A stretch of 62,757 bases of DNA from an uncultured delta proteobacterium (GTDB lineage Bacteria; Desulfobacterota; Binatia; Bin18): the NCBI GenBank assembly GCA_963733195.1, contig CAVTCR010000015.1, positions 1 through 62,757 on the forward strand. The letters are read 5' to 3'. Shown piece after piece: positions 53,822 through 62,757 of this stretch (its first letter is position 1; every line of letters starts with the position of its first letter). The notes below the pieces were generated by a model. That model had not been told where the DNA came from and searched no databases. It saw only the letters and a list, made by a program, of their open reading frames with translations. The position numbers and the translations under genes are program-made.

Positions 53822-54655
53822 ATGATTCTCAAGCAACGCAGCATCCTCCCAGGTTTCGGTTTGGCAATGGGCTTTACGCTCTTGTATCTCAGCCTGATTG
53901 TATTGATCCCGATTGCCGCTCTTTTTCTCAGGACGACGTCGTTAAGTTGGGGCGAGTTTTGGTCCGCTGTCACTGCTCCACGCGTGCTGGCTTCATACCA
54001 ACTCAGCTTCGGCGCCTCCTTCGTTGCTGCACTTGTGAACGCCGTGTTCGGCTTGCTCGTCGCATGGGTCCTGGTGCGGTACTCCTTTCCGGGCAAGCGG
54101 ATCGTTGACGCGCTCGTCGATCTCCCTTTTGCCCTACCCACTGCTGTGGCGGGCATCAGCCTCACCTCGATCTTTGTGAAAAATGGTTGGATCGGCCAAT
54201 ATCTTGAACCCTGGGGTATTCAGGTTGCCTTCACCCCACTGGGAGTGACAGTCGCACTAGTCTTCATCGGCTTGCCCTTTGTCGTCCGCACGATACAGCC
54301 AGTTTTAGAAGATTTGGATGAGGAACTTGAGGAGGTCGCAGCCAGTCTGGGTGCGAACCGTTGGCAAACCTTCACCCGGGTGCTGTTGCCTCCGTTGTTA
54401 CCCGCTCTCCTCACCGGGTTTGCCCTCGCCTTTGCCCGAGCGTTGGGTGAGTACGGCTCGGTCGTCTTTATCTCCGGGAACATGCCGATGCGCACCGAAA
54501 TCGTGCCGCTGCTGATTATCACCAAATTGGAGCAGTACGATTACGCCGGCGCGACGGCAATTGCGGTCGTGATGCTCGTGGCGTCGTTTGTCCTGATGCT
54601 GGTGATTAACCTGTTGCAACGCTGGAGTAGCTCACGTCACTTGGCGGCGGTCTGA
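53822..54655 (+). CDS. cysT: Sulfate ABC permease CysT
   Basis: [34 protein letters not shown]. Confidence 0.95.
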   Translation: MILKQRSILPGFGLAMGFTLLYLSLIVLIPIAALFLRTTSLSWGEFWSAVTAPRVLASYQLSFGASFVAALVNAVFGLLVAWVLVRYSFPGKRIVDALVDLPFALPTAVAGISLTSIFVKNGWIGQYLEPWGIQVAFTPLGVTVALVFIGLPFVVRTIQPVLEDLDEELEEVAASLGANRWQTFTRVLLPPLLPALLTGFALAFARALGEYGSVVFISGNMPMRTEIVPLLIITKLEQYDYAGATAIAVVMLVASFVLMLVINLLQRWSSSRHLAAV

Positions 54656-54682
54656 AACTGGAAGAAGGAGACGCGACACTAC

Positions 54683-55585
54683 ATGGCTAGCAGCATCGCT
54701 TTACGACACACCGCTGAGTTGACTGCTCAACCGCGCGCAACCACCGAACCGGTGGTCGTCCGTTGGCTCCTGATTAGTGTTGCGCTTGCATTCTTGGTGA
54801 TATTCCTCTTCGTGCCTCTTGTTGCAGTCTTTGCCCAGGCCTTACAAAAAGGCATCACTGCCTACTTCGCTGCACTCCACCAACCTGATGCACTGGCTGC
54901 CATCCGTCTCACATTGCTGACCGCAGCTATCGCTGTGCCGCTGAATCTTATCTTTGGTGTCGCGGCCGCCTGGGCTATCACCAAGTTCGAGTTTTTCGGC
55001 AAAAGTCTTTTGATCACTCTGATTGACGTACCTTTTGCCGTCTCTCCGGTGATCTCGGGATTGATCTTTGTCCTGCTGTTTGGCCTGCAAGGTTGGCTTG
55101 GCCCGTGGTTGTCCGACCATGACATCAAAATTATCTTCGCCGTGCCGGGGATTGTTTTGGCAACCATCTTCGTCACTTTCCCCTTTGTCGCACGTGAATT
55201 GATCCCGCTGATGCAAGAGCAGGGCACCGAGGAAGAACAGGCTGCGCTTGTGCTCGGTGCCAGTGGGTGGCAAACCTTTTTTCGTGTCACCCTGCCGAAC
55301 ATCAAGTGGGGGTTGTTATACGGAGTGATCCTGTGTAACGCGCGGGCCATGGGTGAGTTTGGCGCCGTGTCGGTGGTCTCCGGCCACATCCGCGGCCAGA
55401 CCAATACCATGCCCCTCTACGTCGAGATTCTCTACAACGAGTACAGTTTTGCCGCTGCTTTTGCCGTCGCTTCTCTGCTCGCGCTGCTAGCCTTAGTAAC
55501 CCTGGCCGCGAAAAGCGTTGTCGAGTGGAAAACCCAACAACAACTACTGGCCGACGAAAGAGCCGCCGTGAAGGAATCCATATGA
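54683..55585 (+). CDS. cysW: Sulfate ABC permease CysW
   Basis: [33 protein letters not shown]. Confidence 0.95.
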   Translation: MASSIALRHTAELTAQPRATTEPVVVRWLLISVALAFLVIFLFVPLVAVFAQALQKGITAYFAALHQPDALAAIRLTLLTAAIAVPLNLIFGVAAAWAITKFEFFGKSLLITLIDVPFAVSPVISGLIFVLLFGLQGWLGPWLSDHDIKIIFAVPGIVLATIFVTFPFVARELIPLMQEQGTEEEQAALVLGASGWQTFFRVTLPNIKWGLLYGVILCNARAMGEFGAVSVVSGHIRGQTNTMPLYVEILYNEYSFAAAFAVASLLALLALVTLAAKSVVEWKTQQQLLADERAAVKESI

Positions 55586-56649
55586 GTATCGAAGTTCAGA
55601 ACATCAAGAAAACCTTTGGCCATTTTACCGCACTACAGGACGTGAGTTTTCAGGTGCCGACAGGTGAACTGGTCGCGCTACTCGGCCCGTCCGGTTCAGG
55701 AAAGACTACGCTCCTGCGGATCATTGCCGGACTAGAGGGGGCAGATCAGGGGTCTATTCTTTTTCAGGGTGAGAATGCAACGGATCGGAGCGTACGCGAT
55801 CGGCAGGTGGGCTTCGTGTTCCAGCATTATGCCTTGTTCCGGCATATGACCGTCTTCGAGAACATTGCCTTTGGTCTACGCGTGCGACCTCGTCACTCCC
55901 GTCCGTCTGAAAGTGAGATTAGCGCGAAAGTGCATAATCTCCTTCAGTTGGTACAATTGGACCGGTTAGCGGAGCGTTATCCTTCACAGCTCTCTGGCGG
56001 GCAGCGGCAGCGCGTCGCCCTGGCCCGCGCCTTGGCTGTCGAGCCCAAGGTGCTATTGCTCGACGAGCCGTTCGGCGCCCTGGACGCGAAGGTCCGCAAA
56101 GAGCTGCGTGCCTGGCTGCGCCGGTTGCACGATGAAATTCATGTCACCAGCGTCTTCGTCACCCACGACCAGGACGAGGCACTGGAAGTCGCCGACCGCG
56201 TCGTGATCATGCACCAGGGCCAGATCGAACAGGTCGGCACGCCCGACGACGTGTTCCACCATCCCGCGACGGAGTTCGTCATGCACTTCCTCGGCGATGT
56301 AAACGCCTTCCACGGCCGCGTCGATGCCGGCATTGTCCAGTTCGGCTCGCTCGAACTGCCGTTCCCCGAGGATCGCCAGCAGATTACCGGCGACGCCCGC
56401 GTGTTCATCCGCCCCTACGATGTCACGATCGACACCAAAACCAACGGCCTGCCCGCAATGGAGGCCAAGGTGGTCCGCGTCCACTCTGCCGGTCCCCTAG
56501 TCCGCGTAGACCTGCTCACCTCAGCTAATCAGCGCTTAACCTCCGAGATCTCGCAAGAGCGCTTCGCTACCATGAACCTGCAGCTGGAAAGCCGGGTCTA
56601 CGTGCGCCCGCGCCACATCCGCGTCTTCGCTGGCAACGGTCAACGATGA
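55582..56649 (+). CDS. cysA: Sulfate ABC ATPase CysA
   Basis: [42 protein letters not shown]. Confidence 0.95.
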   Translation: MSIEVQNIKKTFGHFTALQDVSFQVPTGELVALLGPSGSGKTTLLRIIAGLEGADQGSILFQGENATDRSVRDRQVGFVFQHYALFRHMTVFENIAFGLRVRPRHSRPSESEISAKVHNLLQLVQLDRLAERYPSQLSGGQRQRVALARALAVEPKVLLLDEPFGALDAKVRKELRAWLRRLHDEIHVTSVFVTHDQDEALEVADRVVIMHQGQIEQVGTPDDVFHHPATEFVMHFLGDVNAFHGRVDAGIVQFGSLELPFPEDRQQITGDARVFIRPYDVTIDTKTNGLPAMEAKVVRVHSAGPLVRVDLLTSANQRLTSEISQERFATMNLQLESRVYVRPRHIRVFAGNGQR

Positions 56650-56769
56650 TGAGCCACACATGCTGTGAACGGGAATAGTGATTGTATCACTCTCGAGAAT
56701 ATGGGAGTGTCCTAGGAAACGATCAATCGAGGATGACCTGGCAAAGGATTAATAAAGGAGGTATGCCAC

Positions 56770-57681
56770 ATGCCGAGTACAGAACAAATTGTTGGCACGG
56801 TCGAAGGGGTTCCTACAGTCGAAGCGACATTGAATTACCTGCTGAAGACAGGAGAGAAGCCGGTATCCTATGCGTACACGCCGCCGCCGGGCGTTCCGCA
56901 AACCACCCGGCAGAACGATCCCAAAACCGTCACCATCCATAATGGGCGGCCTATTGTCAATCAATTCTCCCTGGACACGCAGGGCTTCGTGTTGACGCAC
57001 CACGATAGTAAAGTCGTGAATTTCTATGACGAGACAGAAGTACGGGAGGTCTACTACCCAGAGGTTGAACGGCTGCTCAAGGAAGTCACTGGTGCGGTGA
57101 AAGTAGTGATCTTTGATCACATCGTGCGCAATGCCGCGCAATCACGACCAGGCGAGAACAACGTGCGGGAACCCGCCAAGCTGGTCCACAATGATTACTC
57201 GTTCAAGTCTGCCCCTGGGCGTGTGCGTGATCACCTCCCAGAGGAGGCGGACGAGTTATTACGGCATCGTTTTGCAGAGATCAACGTCTGGCGTGCGATC
57301 CGTGGCCCAATCCAGAAGTCACCGCTGGCCTTGTGTGATGCGCGAAGTCTCACGACCCAAGACACTGTGCCGACTGATCTTGTCTACCCTCACAGAGTCG
57401 GTGAAACCTACTCGTTTACCTACAATCCGAATCACCAATGGTTCTATTTTCCGCAGATGCAACGGAACGAGGCAATATTACTCAAGTGTTACGATTCCAA
57501 AGAAGATGGTCGTGCGCGCTTCACCGCGCATACTTCGTTCGAAGATCCAACGAGTCCACCTGATGCTGCGTCGCGGGAAAGCATTGAAGTGCGCGCGTTG
57601 GTCTTCTTCGCCCCTGAGAAAACCGAATCTGAACCGGTCATTGCCAACGGTCAGAGCGCCGCAGCTGTTGCTACGCATTGA
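56770..57681 (+). CDS. CmcJ/NvfI (AsaB-like) family oxidoreductase
   Basis: FSLDTQGF, YYPEV, FDH, VHNDY, INVWR, PLALCDA, AHTSF.DP, RESIEVR. Confidence 0.85.
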   Translation: MPSTEQIVGTVEGVPTVEATLNYLLKTGEKPVSYAYTPPPGVPQTTRQNDPKTVTIHNGRPIVNQFSLDTQGFVLTHHDSKVVNFYDETEVREVYYPEVERLLKEVTGAVKVVIFDHIVRNAAQSRPGENNVREPAKLVHNDYSFKSAPGRVRDHLPEEADELLRHRFAEINVWRAIRGPIQKSPLALCDARSLTTQDTVPTDLVYPHRVGETYSFTYNPNHQWFYFPQMQRNEAILLKCYDSKEDGRARFTAHTSFEDPTSPPDAASRESIEVRALVFFAPEKTESEPVIANGQSAAAVATH

Positions 57682-57741
57682 AGAAATCCTGGCAGTAACC
57701 TTACCTGCAGTTTGCATCTGCATGAAGAGGCTATTCGTGGG

Positions 57742-57769
57742 TTCCCTCTCCCCTTGAGGGAGAGGGGAA
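57742..57769. repeat. CCCTCTCCC/GGGAGAGGG palindromic repeat
   Basis: TTCCCTCTCCCCTTGAGGGAGAGGGGAA; a related degenerate copy lies near 44345-44390. Confidence 0.6.
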
Positions 57770-57846
57770 AAGTAGAGCATGCAAGTCTACTCACCCGAAT
57801 GAAAAGAGCCGTCTTTCGAGGCTACATGGTAATAGAGGAGGAGACT

Positions 57847-58365
57847 ATGGGACGAATCTCGTTTATCGAACCGGAACAGGCGTCTGCAAAGATGCGAGCT
57901 GTCTACGCTGCGTCGGAAAAGGAGTTCGGTCATGTCCTCAATTTCTACAAAGTGCTAGCTCATGCGCCAGAGTTCGTGGACGGCTTTAATTTCATCTATG
58001 GGAAGCTGCACCACATAGACCTCGACCCGAAACTGCGGGAGTTGGCCTATCTGAAGACGTCGAAGGTCAACGGCTGCCGGTATTGCGTGTTGGTCCACAC
58101 CGCCCTTGGTCGAAAGGAAGGATTGACGGAAGAGCAGCTCACTGAATTAGACACCTATAAGGACAGCACCGCGTACGACACAGTGCAAAAACTCGTGCTG
58201 CGCTACGCTGAGGATCTCACCCGTAAGGTGCATACGGAATCGGCAGTGCTCGACGGGCTCAAGCAATTTCTCTCGGAGAAAGAACTCGTGGAATTGGCTA
58301 TGACCGTTGGTATTGCCAATATGGCCAACCGGTTCACGGAATCGTTCGACATCAGCCCTCCATAA
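57847..58365 (+). CDS. AhpD/carboxymuconolactone decarboxylase-family protein
   Basis: LDPKLRELAYL..S..NGCRYC...H. Confidence 0.88.
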   Translation: MGRISFIEPEQASAKMRAVYAASEKEFGHVLNFYKVLAHAPEFVDGFNFIYGKLHHIDLDPKLRELAYLKTSKVNGCRYCVLVHTALGRKEGLTEEQLTELDTYKDSTAYDTVQKLVLRYAEDLTRKVHTESAVLDGLKQFLSEKELVELAMTVGIANMANRFTESFDISPP

Positions 58366-58604
58366 CGCCCTGTGAATAGACGGGCCAAAGTTATTTCAAG
58401 ACACGCACATGGCGCGCGCGGGCGCCACGGGCAGCTCGCTACCTGTGCAACGCATCACTGGCGGACAAGGCCGCTAGTGGCATTCTTCCCTTATAGCTGT
58501 GAGCCTGGTTTACCGGGCGTCACGCCTTGCGCGTGATGATTTATCGTCGCGAAAGAAGAGCAAGCCAGGATTTTGTTATGCACCCCTGCTGCAGTGGCTC
58601 GTCA

Positions 58605-58988
58605 TCACGAGCGGTGTAGGTCCCATGCCAGGCGTGGTCCATCAAGCAGTACGACGACTTGGTTCAAAATGTTTCGCCCGATAATGCCCCAGTCCTGCTC
58701 AATGAGGAGAAATTGTCCGCGAAACCTCCGTCCGAGCAGACGCAGTTCCAGTCGAACCATCGGAGCCGTGCTCACCGTATCGTCAAACCCGACCAGTTCG
58801 TAGCGTCGGGTTGGGTCGCTCTGAAGTCCCAACTGCGTGGCCTGCGCGTGAGGCACTAATGACACATCAGCCCCGGTATCAAGCAACATTGGCACCTCGG
58901 TCACTTCCGCGCCTGTCTCGGGGTTGCGGAGACGTACCCGAGCGAGGGGAGCAGGCGGCGCGAACCAGACAGTGTCATACGTCGTCAT
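58605..58988 (-). CDS. Retropepsin-like aspartyl protease
   Basis: PPAP, LLDTGADVS, IIGRNILN. Confidence 0.8.
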   Translation of the reverse strand: MTTYDTVWFAPPAPLARVRLRNPETGAEVTEVPMLLDTGADVSLVPHAQATQLGLQSDPTRRYELVGFDDTVSTAPMVRLELRLLGRRFRGQFLLIEQDWGIIGRNILNQVVVLLDGPRLAWDLHRS

Positions 58989-59190
58989 CGCCCGAATCCT
59001 TGCTGACTTCCATCCGGAACTCCGCAGCCTGTTCTGGATGCGCCAGCCGTGGGCTGACAAGGCGTGCGCGCGGCTTAGGCTGAAGATCGGAAATGACCAC
59101 CGAGACCTTGGTGTGGTCAGGCAACGGGACGGGCGTGGTGAGTTTGAGTTGGCCGTGTTCAACGACGCCTTCCAAGGTGAGAACCGGCAT
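58975..59190 (-). CDS. Small antitoxin-like protein (DUF104/AF2212-like)
   Basis: TLEGVVEHGQLKL..PV.LPD.TKV.V; GGAGG RBS; overlaps the protease start. Confidence 0.65.
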   Translation of the reverse strand: MPVLTLEGVVEHGQLKLTTPVPLPDHTKVSVVISDLQPKPRARLVSPRLAHPEQAAEFRMEVSKDSGDDDV

Positions 59191-59530
59191 GACGTTGCCT
59201 CCAGAGTGTTTTTTCTACTTTATACTGTTGAGGCGAGTGGGGAAAGAGAAGGCAGAACCGTATCGAGGGTAACGACTTTCGCCGAGCGAACAGGCATTGG
59301 TCTTGGCAGACCGGCTGTAGTCAAGTCAAAAAGAGAAAATATCTTCTTATGCCCAGACAGAGCCTAGGCATGAGAGTGAGAAGCTCTCCGGAAACCGCCA
59401 AACGACCCCTGCAACTGACAAAACCGTGCTTAGATAGGCTCACCTGTGCCTGCGGCACTGGCGCAGGCAGGACAGGCTTGTCGAAGCATGAGCAGCATGT
59501 GAACCTGGGTAAACTCATCTGAAATTTGCT

Positions 59531-60055
59531 CTAGAAATGCGCGAGGTAGCCTCCATCAACAGCCAGAACCTGTCCAGTGATGTAGGAGGCGGCTGGCGAG
59601 GCGAAGAAAACAGCGGCGCCGGCAATCTCTTGAGGATCTCCCCAGCGGCCAAGGGACGTGCGCTTCTCTAGCCATGCGGCAATATTTTTGTCTGCGACTA
59701 AAGTGGCATTGGTTTCGGTTGCAAAAAATCCTGGAGCAATACCATTGACCGTAATGCCGAACTTTCCCAGTTCGGCGGCCAGAGTTCGAGTCAATGCTTC
59801 GAGTCCCCCTTTGGCGGCTGTATAAGCCGCGTCGCCCGTTCCAGCGATCGGACCAGCGATCGACGTGATGTTGACGATTCTGCCTGAGTGATTCTCGATC
59901 ATGAGTCGCGCTGCTTCCCGACTGAGATTGAAAGGTGCAATGAGATTAGCTTCGACGAGTTGACGTACTGCATTCAGCTCAAATTCGAATAATCCACGAC
60001 GATCGCGTACTCCAACATTGTTGATCAGGATATCAAGACGCCCGTATGTTGCTTG
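59531..60055 (-). pseudogene. SDR (gluconate 5-dehydrogenase-like), 5'-truncated
   Basis: GRLDILINNVG, YTAAK, NGIAPGFF, GRWG.P, VDGG; the TGxxxGxG N-terminus is absent. Confidence 0.8.
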
Positions 60056-60527
60056 GGTGGTGTGCCAGATGTGGATATGCGCCTTCTAAAGTTCTGGAGA
60101 ATCAATGGCTTGTGAACCATTGACTCCATATCTAGAACACCACCCTCGGTCCCTCGGATGGGACGAGCCTCGCTTCGCCTTTCTGACGCGTTTGCTGGGT
60201 GCCAGTGCATATTGAGCGCTGCTTTAAGACCTCACCGTTTTCACTCTTTACCGTCGTTGTCGCCTTTAAGTAGATTGTCACCCGCGCTGAGTATATTACG
60301 GCAATCTTATCACGTCCTAAGTCTGTAGAAATTATCAAGGTGATTGAGTCTCAAGATGTACGACTTCTCATGGAATCTCCACGTTATCTGCATGTCTTTG
60401 CCGACCGCGTTGTCGACGATGTAATCCCTGTGGAAGAAAAGCGACTATTGGTAACTGCTGTTGCACGCACGGCTACTGCTGGAGGGCGAGGTTGAGGCGA
60501 CGTCAGTATTACTATCTGTGCGCCCTG

Positions 60528-61886
60528 TTATTGGGCAGACAGGAACACGTAGAGCCGCCCCACAGCGACTTTGTCAAGAATGATTTGGCCGGTGGCACCG
60601 ATGACAAAGTCGGGAATATGGTCGCCATTGATGTCACCTAGAGTGACGAGACTGTAACCAAGCGATGATCCTTGATGCGGAAAGGGATTATCAAACGTGG
60701 TGAGCAGTTTTCCGTCTTTGCCATCGAACAGGAACGCTTCACCCTGGAGATGGAACTGGTCGACCGTTTGATACGGTGCACCGATGAGAATATCAGGAAT
60801 GCCATCGTGATTGATGTCGAAGTTACTCGCGAACGAGAAACCGAAACCGGAGTACGCACGCGCATGAGCCGGATTGCGAAGGCACGGAGGAGACTGCCAT
60901 CCGCACCATTGAAGACAAAGGCAGCACCTTCGGCGCGACTAGTATCGCTGTCTTTATACGGTGCACCAACAAGTATGTCCGGTATCCCATCGCCGTTGTA
61001 ATCGCCCCCTGACGCGACTTGCCAGCCGAATCCTTCTCCCCTGCGTGGTGAGGGGTCGTCCATTGCGAAAAGAAGCTTTTGGGTGTGGCCACTAAATGCA
61101 TAGACTCGCCCTTGTACGGGGACCTGGCCTACGGTTGTGTACGGCGCACCAATAAGAATATCTGGAGCTCCGTCGTGATCAAGGTCGCCGCCTCCAGCAA
61201 CCGACCAGCCAAAGGCGCCCTCTTTCGCCCCAAGCGGAGGAACAAAGGTGTGTACTACATGGCCATCTTTGCCATCGAACACAAAGACACGACCATTGCC
61301 TTCTTGCGCAAAAGCGCCAACGAGGAGCTCGGGAATATGATCACCCGTGAGATCGCCGACCACGCCAACCGACCACCCGAACCCCGCGCCGGCTTGCGGC
61401 TGCGGGGCGCGAAGGGTACGCAACAGCATGTGAGTTTTTCCGCTGACAACGTACGCCGCGCCGCTCTTCTCCTGGCCAAATGCCCCGACGAGTAAGTCAG
61501 GGACGGTATCTTGATCGATGTCACCGATCGCAGCCAACGCGCAGCCGAACGCCGCCCCTTCGGTCGGGTCCATGGCTGCAGCGACCTCGGGTGATAACGC
61601 CGGTGGGTCGAGAGTAAACAACACTGTCCGGCGCCGTCCGCTAAAGACGAAGACGCGTACCTTGCTTTGCCGCTTGGGTGCCATGGTATGTGTAAGCGCC
61701 CACGGCGTAATCGGGAAAGTGGTCTCCGTCGAGGTCCCCGACCACGGCGAGCGTTGAAGCAAACCCGGTAAAAGGAATGCGCTCGGGACTCTCAATAATC
61801 TGGGTAGCGGCGTGGGCTGCACTGCCTCCCCATCCCAGGAGGACCTCAAGGACAACCACGCGAGTCACCACACCGAGCCACCACAT
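60528..61886 (-). CDS. Secreted FG-GAP (integrin-alpha beta-propeller) repeat protein (frameshifted)
   Basis: Signal peptide; repeated FG.S....GD..GD..PD.LVGAP units; reconstructed end GRLYVFLSAQ*. Confidence 0.88.
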
Positions 61887-62142
61887 ACGTTCTCCTTCCT
61901 CATCTTACCCTGGAACTAGCGATCTAGCTCGCTCAGTCCGAGAATGGCATTGTATGTCCACTCACCGCCTGTGTAACTCCCTGTCCTGCTCTCTCCCTCT
62001 AATTTTTAAGACAGCGCAGAAATGAGTCTTAAACGGCGCAAATCAAGTGCCGTGGGCACACTCTCAGTGCCGAACATGCTCTCACACCACACTTCCCCTA
62101 GTAGCTTCAAGGACATGCCCGCGCTTCCTCCGCCTCTTCCCG

Positions 62143-62330
62143 TCCACGATCAGCTCAAAAATATCTCTCAGTATCGAGCACTCCCGCCACCGCAGTGTCG
62201 CCAACTTCCTCGTCAATCTGGTGGCTGGGTTGATTGCGTACACGTATCAGCCGAACAAACCTTCGCTCCACACTCGTATGCCACACAACGATTCCCTGTC
62301 GGTCGTCACCCTGATAATTATGTCGAACTC
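62143..62330 (+). pseudogene. IS982-family transposase 3' remnant
   Basis: [40 protein letters not shown] followed by the end-like sequence TTATGTCGAACTC. Confidence 0.75.
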
Positions 62331-62425
62331 TGATGAAAACCCCGGTCGTGCTTATACGATGGCGGGTTGCGACCGACCTTATAAAAAGGGTCAGATACCA
62401 AAGTGGAACACTACCTCATCAGTGA

Positions 62426-62757
62426 CTACCCGTTGATCGTTACAGCAAAGATGTCGAGCGCCCGAGTGGTACTCAGTGCCCCCTCAATCTCGACATCTTT
62501 GAGCAGGTTCTCCTCGGCTGTGAGTTGCTGGAAGATCTCATCCCGGGCGCGCACGGCGATTTCAGACGGCCACCCGAAGTAGCGCCAACTCGGCGCGTCA
62601 TTCACCGTACGCACGCGCATCACCAGCGAGCCGTGCGCATGGGTGAACTGATACAGTTGCTCGGCGGAGGCCTGGGTTGAGCGAATCTCGTGCAGCTCAC
62701 ATTTGGCGCAAATGACACTGCCGGTAATCTGCAGCCCTCCGCGTGCGTCTCGCCCCT
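62426..62757 (-). CDS. Hypothetical protein (runs off the window end)
   Basis: Open frame ...[10 protein letters not shown]...LTAEENL.K.VEI.G.L...LDI; no family recognised. Confidence 0.55.
   Translation of the reverse strand, partial: GRDARGGLQITGSVICAKCELHEIRSTQASAEQLYQFTHAHGSLVMRVRTVNDAPSWRYFGWPSEIAVRARDEIFQQLTAEENLLKDVEIEGALSTTRALDIFAVTING

Noticed and set aside
56000-56640. Horizontally replaced patch in cysA (and in the porin near 18700-19400) suggested by visibly higher GC
   Set aside because: An impression by eye only, with no boundaries or repeats. It would need a GC3/codon-usage scan.
60025-60210. ORF-track entry '60025..60210 +' (MHWHPANAS...)
   Set aside because: The peptide is encoded on the minus strand (ATG is the reverse complement of 60208-60210), so the strand label is wrong. 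It only runs into the truncated SDR region and is not a credible gene.
9334-61886. Mass pseudogenisation or programmed frameshifting
   Set aside because: Single-base indels hit many unrelated, otherwise well-conserved genes with almost no in-frame stops, which fits long-read error. Read polishing would settle it.

Overview
A 62.8 kb bacterial window with GC-rich coding style. Gene content (class-3 cyclase-AAA-TPR protein with heptamer repeats, many LLM/SDR/AKR enzymes) resembles Ca. Binatota or related 'Deltaproteobacteria' MAGs; this is inference only. Scattered single-base frameshifts across otherwise conserved genes point to uncorrected long-read indel errors. (1) Bases 1-8000 are a decayed integron-cassette array with no IntI visible in the window and three attC-type sites. 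The first unit is a tyrosine-recombinase + IS91-type Y2 transposase element that ends in its own attC. Its recombinase is split by an IS5-family element that is itself split by an IS4-family element, with all TIRs and TSDs visible. It is followed by a secreted-protein cassette, a TA cassette, an attC cut at its R' box by a group IIC intron 5' fragment, a 279-bp MITE and a BrnT-remnant/antitoxin pair. (2) Bases 8-43 kb hold oxidoreductases, a modABC/mop/PadR/porin/ALDH molybdate locus, a decayed mop copy, a phage-like orphan, an IS630-split SDR, a second ALDH plus a xanthine-dehydrogenase-family Mo enzyme, and exported msrB/msrA. A 19-bp palindrome recurs at three promoters and is a candidate PadR operator. 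(3) Bases 43-62.7 kb hold the cyclase, TA pairs, and a sigma54-driven sulfate uptake operon (bEBP, YezD, tandem covarying leader hairpins, porin, sbp-cysTWA, CmcJ/NvfI-like enzyme, AhpD-like protein), followed by an FG-GAP protein and an IS982 remnant. No rRNA, tRNA or CRISPR array was seen.
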